The notes under the pieces are model-generated. The model was not told where the DNA came from. It saw only the letters and a program-made list of their open reading frames with translations, and made no database searches. 55,601 nucleotides of DNA, from positions 1 through 55,601 of the forward strand of contig CAYZEI010000006.1 of NCBI GenBank assembly GCA_964477745.1, written 5' to 3'. Made by a program: the position numbers and the translations under genes. This DNA is from an uncultured Candidatus Saccharibacteria bacterium. Lineage in GTDB: Bacteria; Patescibacteriota; Doudnabacteria; UBA920. This document shows, piece by piece, positions 44,888-51,945 of the stretch (its first letter is position 1; every line of letters starts with the position of its first letter).

Positions 44888-45634
44888 ATGAGCAAAAATA
44901 AGATCGATATCAAGACAATTTTCTCTGGCCTCCAACAACAAATGGAAGCCCGCCTAACGCTAAATAAAAAGGTTATAAAACACCCAACTACCAAAGGAGA
45001 CGCTTCGGAGTTAGAATGGGCAGATATGTTATCTGTATATTTACCCAAACGATACTGTATTGATAAGGCCTTCGTTATTGATTATGAAGGGAATGTGAGC
45101 GAACAAATCGATTTAGTAATTTTTGACAGACATTATTCACCTTTTATATTAAAACAAAATGGGGCAATCTATTTACCCGCTGAATGTATCTACGCAGTAA
45201 TTGAAATTAAACCAGATTTATCATTATCCCACTTAAAATATGCTGCAAAAAAAGCTACCTCAGTAAGAAAACTAAAAAGAACAACTGCTACTATCGTCCA
45301 AGCAGATAACCAGAAATTTAAACAAAAAGACCCCCCAAAAATATTAGCGGGAATTCTTACTTTAAATGGAAACTTATCGGTTGGTATGAAACAATATCTT
45401 CAAAACCTTAAGGAAGAGAATCGGCTTAATTTTGGGTGTTCCTTATCTGGGGTGCTTTTTACTCAAACTAACTATGACCCCTACGAGGTTGGCGATGTAA
45501 CTTATGAGTTTAAGACTCTGAAAGATAATCCAAATAGCCTAATTTTATTCTTTCTGAACTTACTTCAAGAATTGAGGAAAATGGGGACAGTCCCTGCAAT
45601 GGACTTAGAAAAATATATAAAAAATATAAAATAA
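44888..45634 (+). CDS. PD-(D/E)xK restriction-endonuclease-fold protein (DUF6602-like)
   Basis: 'KGDASELEW...LP..Y', 'QIDLVIFD' and 'IYAVIEIK' give an E...D...ExK arrangement. About 120 aa at the C-terminus are unassigned. The ATG lies 5 nt after the NTase stop. Confidence 0.7.
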   Translation: MSKNKIDIKTIFSGLQQQMEARLTLNKKVIKHPTTKGDASELEWADMLSVYLPKRYCIDKAFVIDYEGNVSEQIDLVIFDRHYSPFILKQNGAIYLPAECIYAVIEIKPDLSLSHLKYAAKKATSVRKLKRTTATIVQADNQKFKQKDPPKILAGILTLNGNLSVGMKQYLQNLKEENRLNFGCSLSGVLFTQTNYDPYEVGDVTYEFKTLKDNPNSLILFFLNLLQELRKMGTVPAMDLEKYIKNIK

Positions 45635-45644
45635 CTAGCACGTT

Positions 45645-45705
45645 TATAAATCTAAATGGGGACATGACCCATTTAGGCTTTTTTGTACAAAGTTATTTAT
45701 TCACC
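45645..45705. repeat. direct repeat copy A (terminator hairpin + TTTTTTGTACAAAG + TTATT-ATT-AC)
   Basis: It is roughly 90% identical over its ~45-nt core (about five differences) to 47765-47822. It contains the hairpin aaatggg/cccattt plus a T-tract, which is the terminator of the nuclease gene. Confidence 0.8.
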
Positions 45706-45710
45706 ATAAA

Positions 45711-45746
45711 CATAAAAATATGCCCGCGGAATTGCTTCCGCGGGCA
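45711..45746 (-). terminator. terminator of the GH17 gene
   Basis: The stem tgcccgcggaa/ttccgcgggca has a 4-nt loop and is followed on the minus strand by 'tatttttat'. Confidence 0.85.
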
Positions 45747-45765
45747 CTGTGCTGAAACTGACTGA

Positions 45766-47697
45766 CTAACGGGTTACTGTGGTAGTGGCCACCGCCCCGC
45801 TCAGCGTTGGGAGGTTTGAATCTCCATACGCTAGCGGAATGGTATAGCCAATCGGTACCACGAATGCCGTCACCATATCGGCTTCTTCGTCGACACCTCC
45901 GGTGTCGATGTCGCAGATAAAACTTCCATCTGCATTTATTGTTGTTCCAGGGGAACTCCAATATGGTTTTGTCCACCACCATCCGCGAACGCGGATGTAG
46001 ACCGCGACCTGGTAGTCACTCGGCAGTACGTGCAGGACCGTTCCTGCAACGCTCCCATTGAGTGCATACCTTGGGGTTACAGATGTGAACTGGATGGATG
46101 CCTTGCCCGGTCCACCAGGGATGGGGTTAGGCGTTGGTGTGGGAGTTGGCGTCGGCGTTGGAGTGGGAGTTGGCGTGGGGTTTGGACCGGGTGCTGGAGT
46201 TTGAACAGGAACCGTTGGGCTCCAGTTGTCCGGAATGGTCTTACCGGAAAACACATCCAACATACCAGGTTTCAAATTCCCTTCCGAATCAAGTACTCCC
46301 CAGTTCTTTCCTTGCGGACCTTCATACCGCTCCTTCCACGGTTCGTCGTACGCTTCAAAGTAGAAGTATTTGACGTTCCGTGCACGCGCCCAAGACACAA
46401 AGTTCAAAAAGTACTGAGACGCATTCCTGGCGGAAGGCACCGCAGTATTGATGGTGTTGCCGGCACTCGGCCAACCGGTTTCGGAAACGATGATCTCCTT
46501 ATTCGGGTACTTGGCCTTGAGTTTTTCGTAGTTGGAATTGAGAGATATCATCGCCTCTTCAATTTTCGTCCCCTCCCAGTATGGGTAGGAGTTGAAGAGA
46601 ACTACGTCGCTTACGGCAACCACTTCCGGGTGGTCGTAGAGCGAAGCGAAGGTGTCAGCCGTGGCGACGATCGCCCCCGGAGCAGACTGCTTAACCCATG
46701 AAATATACGTGGCGAGTTGCGGGCCGGTAAGGTCCCGGCGATACAGCGTCTCCGAACCGACAATCAGCATCCCACCATAGCCGGCTTTGTAAGACGCAAG
46801 CATACTTTGAAGTTCCAGATCGTTGGCCTGGCTGTTGTTGTTTAACCAAGCACTGAGAACTGCTTTGACTCCATAGCGCTTGCAAATCTTCCCAAACATC
46901 TCCATGCCGTTGGTGTTGCCGTAGGCGCGAAGCCACTGAGTATATGGAGCGAGCCGACTAATCCGCTCGTCCAGTTGCTCTTCGCTTACTACAAAGCCCG
47001 TAGCCGGATCCTGAGTTCCGATGTACGGACCAAAGTCCAGCCCGTGCAAAACATAACTGACCGGCGTGCCCACCGTAAACGAGATTGGGTTGGACTCGTC
47101 GCCCGTGGTGAACCGGAGCCACTCCACCCAACCTCCTTCGGAGGTTTTGGGGAATGCCCCAGACAAGTACCACGCGCCCTTGTCGTCCGTCTTGCCAAGG
47201 CTTTGGCAGGAATAAGCACTTGCTCCTTGCGAAGCGCAGTGCTCAACCAAGGCATTCGGGATTCCACCGGTGTACTTGAGTATCCAACCTTGGTTGGGGG
47301 TAAAGTTGCCCCCGACCGAATTGTTTATCGTGAGTGTCCCCAAGGTGGGAACGCTAACGGTAAAAGCAATCCTGTTGGACGTTGCGCCGGATGGAAATTC
47401 CATCCATTGCACCCAGGTGCCTTCCGTGCCGGGGGTGAACGTCCCTGTGGCTTTCCAGACGCCCTTGGCGTCCGTTTTGCCAAAATTCGGCACGCATAGG
47501 GGTACGCGATCCCGAATTTCGCAGTAGGTGAACACCGCATCTGAATGCGGGCTCACGAGTTCGAGCGTCCAGGCTTGCCCCTTGGCAAAACCGCCACCGA
47601 CTCCACCGTTAATGGTCAAACTCCCGTTGATAACGGGAGCGCCATAGAGACTGACCGCCATAGTTATGACAGCCAGAATGCCTCTGACTTTCTGCAT
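45766..47697 (-). CDS. secreted glycoside hydrolase family 17 (beta-1,3-glucanase-like) with two N-terminal ~95-aa repeats, a Pro-Thr linker and a C-terminal beta-rich domain
   Basis: 'KEIIVSETGWPSAG' matches the GH17 nucleophile signature. The signal peptide is 'MQKVRGILAVITMAVSLYGAP' after the SD 'aaggaggg'. The linker is 'PNPTPTPTPTPTPTPTPNP'. Confidence 0.85.
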   Translation of the reverse strand: MQKVRGILAVITMAVSLYGAPVINGSLTINGGVGGGFAKGQAWTLELVSPHSDAVFTYCEIRDRVPLCVPNFGKTDAKGVWKATGTFTPGTEGTWVQWMEFPSGATSNRIAFTVSVPTLGTLTINNSVGGNFTPNQGWILKYTGGIPNALVEHCASQGASAYSCQSLGKTDDKGAWYLSGAFPKTSEGGWVEWLRFTTGDESNPISFTVGTPVSYVLHGLDFGPYIGTQDPATGFVVSEEQLDERISRLAPYTQWLRAYGNTNGMEMFGKICKRYGVKAVLSAWLNNNSQANDLELQSMLASYKAGYGGMLIVGSETLYRRDLTGPQLATYISWVKQSAPGAIVATADTFASLYDHPEVVAVSDVVLFNSYPYWEGTKIEEAMISLNSNYEKLKAKYPNKEIIVSETGWPSAGNTINTAVPSARNASQYFLNFVSWARARNVKYFYFEAYDEPWKERYEGPQGKNWGVLDSEGNLKPGMLDVFSGKTIPDNWSPTVPVQTPAPGPNPTPTPTPTPTPTPTPTPNPIPGGPGKASIQFTSVTPRYALNGSVAGTVLHVLPSDYQVAVYIRVRGWWWTKPYWSSPGTTINADGSFICDIDTGGVDEEADMVTAFVVPIGYTIPLAYGDSNLPTLSGAVATTTVTR

Positions 47698-47764
47698 AGG
47701 GCCCTCCTTAGGGGACTTCATTATAGTACAAACAGGACACCTACTCAAATCCTAAATTTAGGGA

Positions 47765-47822
47765 AAAAATAAAATGGAGCCTGGCCCATTTTAGGTTTTT
47801 TGTACAAAGCTATTCATTGACA
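47765..47822. repeat. direct repeat copy B
   Basis: 'aaaatggagcctggcccattttaggttttttgtacaaagctattcattgaca'. It runs into the TTGACA -35 of the next gene. Confidence 0.8.
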
Positions 47823-47845
47823 ATACCACAGAAATGTGGTATTTT
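47817..47845 (+). promoter_or_regulatory. sigma70-type promoter
   Basis: TTGACA - 17 nt - TATTTT, with TGn immediately upstream of the -10. Confidence 0.65.
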
Positions 47846-47925
47846 TTAAAGTCTACTTTCTTGTCTTCTTGTCCTCAAACCAGAGACAAAAATGTAGCTG
47901 TGTAAATCCACCAGAGGTGACAACT

Positions 47926-48189
47926 ATGCCCGGTACGACAAATCCGTTGCAGTTTCTTGGGGAATCTCTCGCCGCCGCTGACGGCGACAAATTCACGCCC
48001 GAAAAGTTCATAACCATGCTCGATGAGTTGTTCGCCGCCGCGAAAAAGAGCCCCAATCTCACGCTGATTGTTGTGGCTCGCCACAATGGTAATGTGGGAA
48101 TGCTCGGGGTTGCGGGCTCCGAAAGCATCAGCGGAAAGACAGGGTTCCTTGAAGCCCTCGAGCCGGTGATGACAGCACTGCAAAAATAA
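47926..48189 (+). CDS. hypothetical protein (GC-rich cassette)
   Basis: 87 aa from the ATG, preceded by 'agaggtga'. The antisense ORFs are rejected. Confidence 0.6.
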   Translation: MPGTTNPLQFLGESLAAADGDKFTPEKFITMLDELFAAAKKSPNLTLIVVARHNGNVGMLGVAGSESISGKTGFLEALEPVMTALQK

Positions 48190-48200
48190 GGAGGAAGTGC

Positions 48201-48473
48201 ATGTTACATTCAGTTGGACAATTGGTTGACTGTCCCGTAACTTGGGACGGTCACACTTTCACGGTGTACGATGAACGACTAACGCCGGGAATCCAAACCA
48301 GGCTGTCAGCAGTAAAAGAAGACTGCGGACTGGAAGACATGGACAACGGCGAAATGCACGGCAAGGTGACTGACTGTAATGCCGAAGGTCATATTCTCTG
48401 CCAGTTTGATGCTGAAGGCGCTGGCGTCTTCAACATTGCAGTCCCGCAAGGGATGTATATCGTCGTCTACTAA
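48201..48473 (+). CDS. hypothetical protein (GC-rich cassette)
   Basis: 90-aa ORF with the SD 'aaggaggaagtgc' before the ATG. Confidence 0.65.
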   Translation: MLHSVGQLVDCPVTWDGHTFTVYDERLTPGIQTRLSAVKEDCGLEDMDNGEMHGKVTDCNAEGHILCQFDAEGAGVFNIAVPQGMYIVVY

Positions 48474-48526
48474 CACCAAGAACAGGCCTTGGGGATTAAG
48501 GGCCACACGCAAACCAACACCGCATA

Positions 48527-48562
48527 AACTCGCAGTTCCCCACTGCGAGTTCTTTTTATTTT
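48527..48562 (+). terminator. rho-independent terminator
   Basis: The stem aactcgcagt/actgcgagtt is followed by 'ctttttatttt'. Confidence 0.85.
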
Positions 48563-48630
48563 AATTTCCGACACTATAGACAAGTACAAAGTTTTTTTGA
48601 TACTATAAAGCGTCTTTTAAGGAGGCTCAC

Positions 48631-49065
48631 GTGACCCTAATTTTCGGGAAGGTCTCTGACCTAACCCCTGAACAGCTGATTACTGCAATCCGACTAGCAG
48701 CACAACGGGAGTATGAACGACGTTTGCATTACCTCGCATATCACGACTGGGAGAAAGCTTGCCGTCGGGTGAAAACCGAAGACAATCCCAACCCGGCAGA
48801 TGATGAAATCCGCCCCGTTGCGGAAAAAGTTTACAAAGAGCGCATCAAACAAGAATCTCTCGATGAACGCAGATTGGCAACCGTACTACTCAAACAGGAA
48901 GGCAACAGCCACCCGACCGACGAGCAAATCCAATGGAAGACGGAACAACTTCACGAGGACTATAAACGCAAACAAGCAGAGGAAGACTGGCTCCAGACTG
49001 AAAAAAGCATCATCACGAGCCAGAGTGTTATGTACCCTATAGAATGGAGGAAATCAATCAGTTAA
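48631..49065 (+). CDS. hypothetical charged helical protein (GC-rich cassette)
   Basis: 144-aa ORF with a GTG start preceded by 'taaggaggctcac'. The putative promoter is TAGACA-18-TACTAT at 48577-48606. Confidence 0.6.
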   Translation: MTLIFGKVSDLTPEQLITAIRLAAQREYERRLHYLAYHDWEKACRRVKTEDNPNPADDEIRPVAEKVYKERIKQESLDERRLATVLLKQEGNSHPTDEQIQWKTEQLHEDYKRKQAEEDWLQTEKSIITSQSVMYPIEWRKSIS

Positions 49066-49090
49066 CGCTCTCAGGTCACCACCACACCCT

Positions 49091-49130
49091 ACCGCATACC
49101 ACCAGCCTTAATTGGCAAATGGTATGCGGT
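49091..49130 (+). terminator. hairpin accgcatacc/ggtatgcggt
   Basis: A 10-bp stem with a 20-nt loop and a T-rich tail. Confidence 0.55.
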
Positions 49131-49141
49131 TATTAATTTTT

Positions 49142-49172
49142 AACCACCGGCAAAAGCCGGTGGTTTTGTTTT
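49142..49172 (+). terminator. rho-independent terminator
   Basis: The stem aaccaccggc/gccggtggtt has an AAAA loop and is followed by 'ttgtttt'. Confidence 0.85.
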
Positions 49173-49216
49173 GGAAAATTTAGGGCTCTGTCCCCTTTTA
49201 TATAAACATAAGCGTG

Positions 49217-49245
49217 TTGACAAATGGGTAAAAAAATGCGATAAT
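49217..49245 (+). promoter_or_regulatory. near-consensus extended -10 sigma70 promoter
   Basis: TTGACA - 17 nt - (TGc)GATAAT. Confidence 0.7.
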
Positions 49246-49341
49246 CACAAGTTAAAATTTGTTTGTGCTAAATGCCGATTTATGGTCGCTGTTTAGGACA
49301 AACCAATTGTCCAAGTCTGAAATTCCGTAGGAGGATTCGCC

Positions 49342-50028
49342 ATGACGAATACTACCGATTCAGCCCCCACGCCCAGAGCGTTGGAGCTTGTCCCGTCGCA
49401 GTACTTTGACCGCCTGACTGCTCGTATGGAGCGGTCTGGCTACAAACTATTTTCGCGCGTGGCAGTCGACACCAACGACTGTCCGTATCATGTTAGTGTA
49501 AAGTATGCGAGGCATACGTCACTGTTCTTTCATCTCATCAACCGGAAGCTCATTATCCACTTTGAGTTTATTGAGCACGACAATCCCGGCTGGCACGAAC
49601 CGACTCAGTACTGGACCATTCGCTTCTACCCGATTTTCAAGTCGGTGAAGCGACTGGTGGAGATGACGTACGTCCCATTCGACAAGCGGGATCTCAACGA
49701 TAGTTCCAACCCGCTTCTCGACTCGATGCCCTTGTACGCAGAGAACTTGGAGATTCCGGGGTTCCGGCCGTACGGCGGGCACAAGTATGAGCAAGACTGC
49801 GCAACGGGAAAACCAATCAAGCCCGAAGATCTGGGCAAATGGATTGTCCAGCAACTGTACCCAATCTTAAGATACCTCGGGTACGGCCAGTTCCAGCACC
49901 TCCAGGTGACGGACTTCTGGCCTCACTACACTTTCCACGGCTCGAACACAATTTTCTGGAGTCGCTTCAACAATGAAGCGTTCAAAGAGATTGTGGAGCG
50001 CCCATGGGGTGGCGAGGACCTCCGTTAA
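49342..50028 (+). CDS. hypothetical protein (GC-rich cassette)
   Basis: 228-aa ORF with the SD 'gtaggaggattcgcc' before the ATG. No recognisable domain. Confidence 0.7.
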   Translation: MTNTTDSAPTPRALELVPSQYFDRLTARMERSGYKLFSRVAVDTNDCPYHVSVKYARHTSLFFHLINRKLIIHFEFIEHDNPGWHEPTQYWTIRFYPIFKSVKRLVEMTYVPFDKRDLNDSSNPLLDSMPLYAENLEIPGFRPYGGHKYEQDCATGKPIKPEDLGKWIVQQLYPILRYLGYGQFQHLQVTDFWPHYTFHGSNTIFWSRFNNEAFKEIVERPWGGEDLR

Positions 50029-50048
50029 GGCAAACTAGTATTCGATCG

Positions 50049-50090
50049 CAAAGACAGCAGTGGGTTTTCCCTGCTGTCTTTCCTTTTCTG
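50049..50090 (+). terminator. rho-independent terminator
   Basis: The stem aaagacagcag/ctgctgtcttt is followed by 'ccttttc'. A second hairpin, atacctat/ataggtat plus a T-run, lies at 50128-50157. Confidence 0.75.
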
Positions 50091-50211
50091 CCAACTTCTA
50101 AATATTTATAATTCTGTCCCCTTTTAAATACCTATGGAAATAGGTATATTTTTTTATGCCTTAATCCAGTAATGGACATTTTTTCAATTTTTTGGTATTC
50201 TATTTAGTCTC

Positions 50212-51147
50212 TTGAAGGTCAAACTTCTTGAGACAATATTCCCCGCGCCCAATGGGGACAAGGGCACAAGGAGGATCCTAGTGATCCAAACAGCGATTGA
50301 TAGTTTGTGCGGTATGATTAACAACATCCCACAGACGGAAGATGCTTCTAAACACAGGGCGAAAATTCTCCAAGATTTCGCCACCATGGTGTCCGAAGAG
50401 ATATTACGACGTGCCGGGTTCGACGAAAAAGACTCCGAGCAATGGAGGAGCAACCTGCTGGCAATAGTGGCATGTATTCCGTATACTGACGTGCCACAAG
50501 ACACCATTGGCCGTTGCGGTCTGTTCTTGCGCAACTTGCCCAGCTCTCTAACCGGGGAAGATGGTAACATCAGCTTGGCTCATGCCCTGGTTTTTGGAAA
50601 CAACCGAGTCATAGAGTTGAACGACAAAACCGGCAAGCCTCGCCGGGTCATGTCCTACGAAGAGGCGGCTCGGTTCTTGGTGTTCTGGCTCCAAATCAAA
50701 ATTCTCGAGATCAGCCGTAAGAACAACTGGGACCGAATTTCCGGACTCCCTGACCTGTACGACCGGATCGAGGCCATGACGGCCAGTCTCACTCAGAAGC
50801 CCATAAGTGGCGAAGAGCTTCAGCAGAAACTGGGTCTGCCCTACAACCCGGCAGATCTGCTGGCAGACTTGCACATACTTGGCCTTCCAATGAAGACATA
50901 CCATACGCTACTAAACTCATACGCAACCAGGAATTCCGGCTTCGGCTTTAGGATCAAGTCGCTCCGCTTGGACTACCTGGTCACACTGAAGCGGGCTGAA
51001 TTTCAAAAAGTAAAGAATCTCGGCAGAAAATCAATCAATGGCTTTGTCGAAATTCTTCGCAGGATGGGCCTGGACATCGGGATGACGATCCCGGATGAAG
51101 TCAAAGCCTGGTGCGAAGCCTTAGCAAAGGAGGAACCAACAGAATAA
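50212..51147 (+). CDS. protein with C-terminal RNA polymerase alpha-CTD-like helix-hairpin-helix domain
   Basis: 'VKNLGRKSINGFVEILRRMGLDIGM' closely parallels the RpoA CTD sequence '[23 protein letters not shown]'. The N-terminal ~230 aa are unassigned. The start is uncertain (TTG, no SD). Confidence 0.65.
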   Translation: MKVKLLETIFPAPNGDKGTRRILVIQTAIDSLCGMINNIPQTEDASKHRAKILQDFATMVSEEILRRAGFDEKDSEQWRSNLLAIVACIPYTDVPQDTIGRCGLFLRNLPSSLTGEDGNISLAHALVFGNNRVIELNDKTGKPRRVMSYEEAARFLVFWLQIKILEISRKNNWDRISGLPDLYDRIEAMTASLTQKPISGEELQQKLGLPYNPADLLADLHILGLPMKTYHTLLNSYATRNSGFGFRIKSLRLDYLVTLKRAEFQKVKNLGRKSINGFVEILRRMGLDIGMTIPDEVKAWCEALAKEEPTE

Positions 51148-51153
51148 CGGCAC

Positions 51154-51201
51154 GCGCCGTCTCACGCCCCCACCGGGGGTGCGAGACGGCGCTTTCATTT
51201 T
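51154..51201 (+). terminator. very strong rho-independent terminator at the right edge of the GC-rich block
   Basis: A 17-bp GC-rich stem (gcgccgtctc.cgccccc / gggggtg.gagacggcgc) is followed by 'tttcatttt'. Confidence 0.9.
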
Positions 51202-51241
51202 GGAAAAATTAGTCTGGGCGTTATTTGGCAAAAATCTGTGG

Positions 51242-51271
51242 TTGACATATAATCTTTTTAGCAAGACTATT
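51242..51271 (+). promoter_or_regulatory. sigma70-type promoter upstream of yhhQ
   Basis: TTGACA - 18 nt - ACTATT. The leader is short and lacks an SD. Confidence 0.5.
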
Positions 51272-51288
51272 AAACTTACATTAAGTAA

Positions 51289-51945
51289 ATGGAAAATTTA
51301 AGCGAAACCGACTATAAAAAAATTACTCTATGCCTAACCATTTACCTGGCCTCGCTGTTTGCGGCCAACACTTTAGGCTTAAAAATTATGCCGTTTTTAT
51401 TTCACTCCCATCTTTCCGTGGGCGTGTTTTCTTTTCCCATTGTATTTATTATGACCGACGTAATCGGTGAAGTCTACGGTAAAAAAATTGCCAAATTATT
51501 TGTCTGGTCCGGCTTTTTAGCCACCGCCGTATTTATTTTATACTCCCTAATCTCTCTGGCAGTACCTTGGTCAAGTGAAGGCTTGTGGGCCAAAGAAGGA
51601 TACAATTTAATTTTTGGCATTTCTGCCAGAATTTCTTTGGCTTCGCTTATAGCTTTTGGCATTGGCGAATATCAAGATGTCTTGTCATTCTTCTTTTTTC
51701 GTAAACTCACAGCCGGAAAATATTTCTGGCTCCGCTCTAACCTTTCCAATATGTGGTCACAATTTTTAGACACAGTAATTTTTATGGTTATTGCTTTTGC
51801 CGGTGTGTACGAAACCCGCACGCTACTTGGCATTATTATTACCTGGTGGCTGTATAAAGTGGCAATGGGGTTAGTTTATACCCCACTGTCGTATTTAGGC
51901 ATTAAACTTTTGAAAGGGAAAACCGTTGCAGTTCCTCAAAGTTAA
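51289..51945 (+). CDS. yhhQ: queuosine precursor transporter (YhhQ/DUF165, VUT family)
   Basis: 'FSFPIVFIMTDVIGEVYGKK', six TM helices and 'SQFLDTVIF' are present. Confidence 0.85.
   Translation: MENLSETDYKKITLCLTIYLASLFAANTLGLKIMPFLFHSHLSVGVFSFPIVFIMTDVIGEVYGKKIAKLFVWSGFLATAVFILYSLISLAVPWSSEGLWAKEGYNLIFGISARISLASLIAFGIGEYQDVLSFFFFRKLTAGKYFWLRSNLSNMWSQFLDTVIFMVIAFAGVYETRTLLGIIITWWLYKVAMGLVYTPLSYLGIKLLKGKTVAVPQS

Noticed and set aside
46030-47772. Many long ORFs overlapping the GH17 gene in other frames and strands (46030-46701, 46134-46373, 46691-46936, 46958-47173, 46975-47499, 46989-47267, 47270-47527, 47325-47540, 47545-47772).
   Set aside because: They are typical stop-poor shadow ORFs of GC-rich DNA. 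Their translations are Arg/Gly/Pro/Trp-rich and lack SD sequences. The minus-strand ORF carries an exact GH17 active-site signature, a signal peptide, an SD and a terminator.
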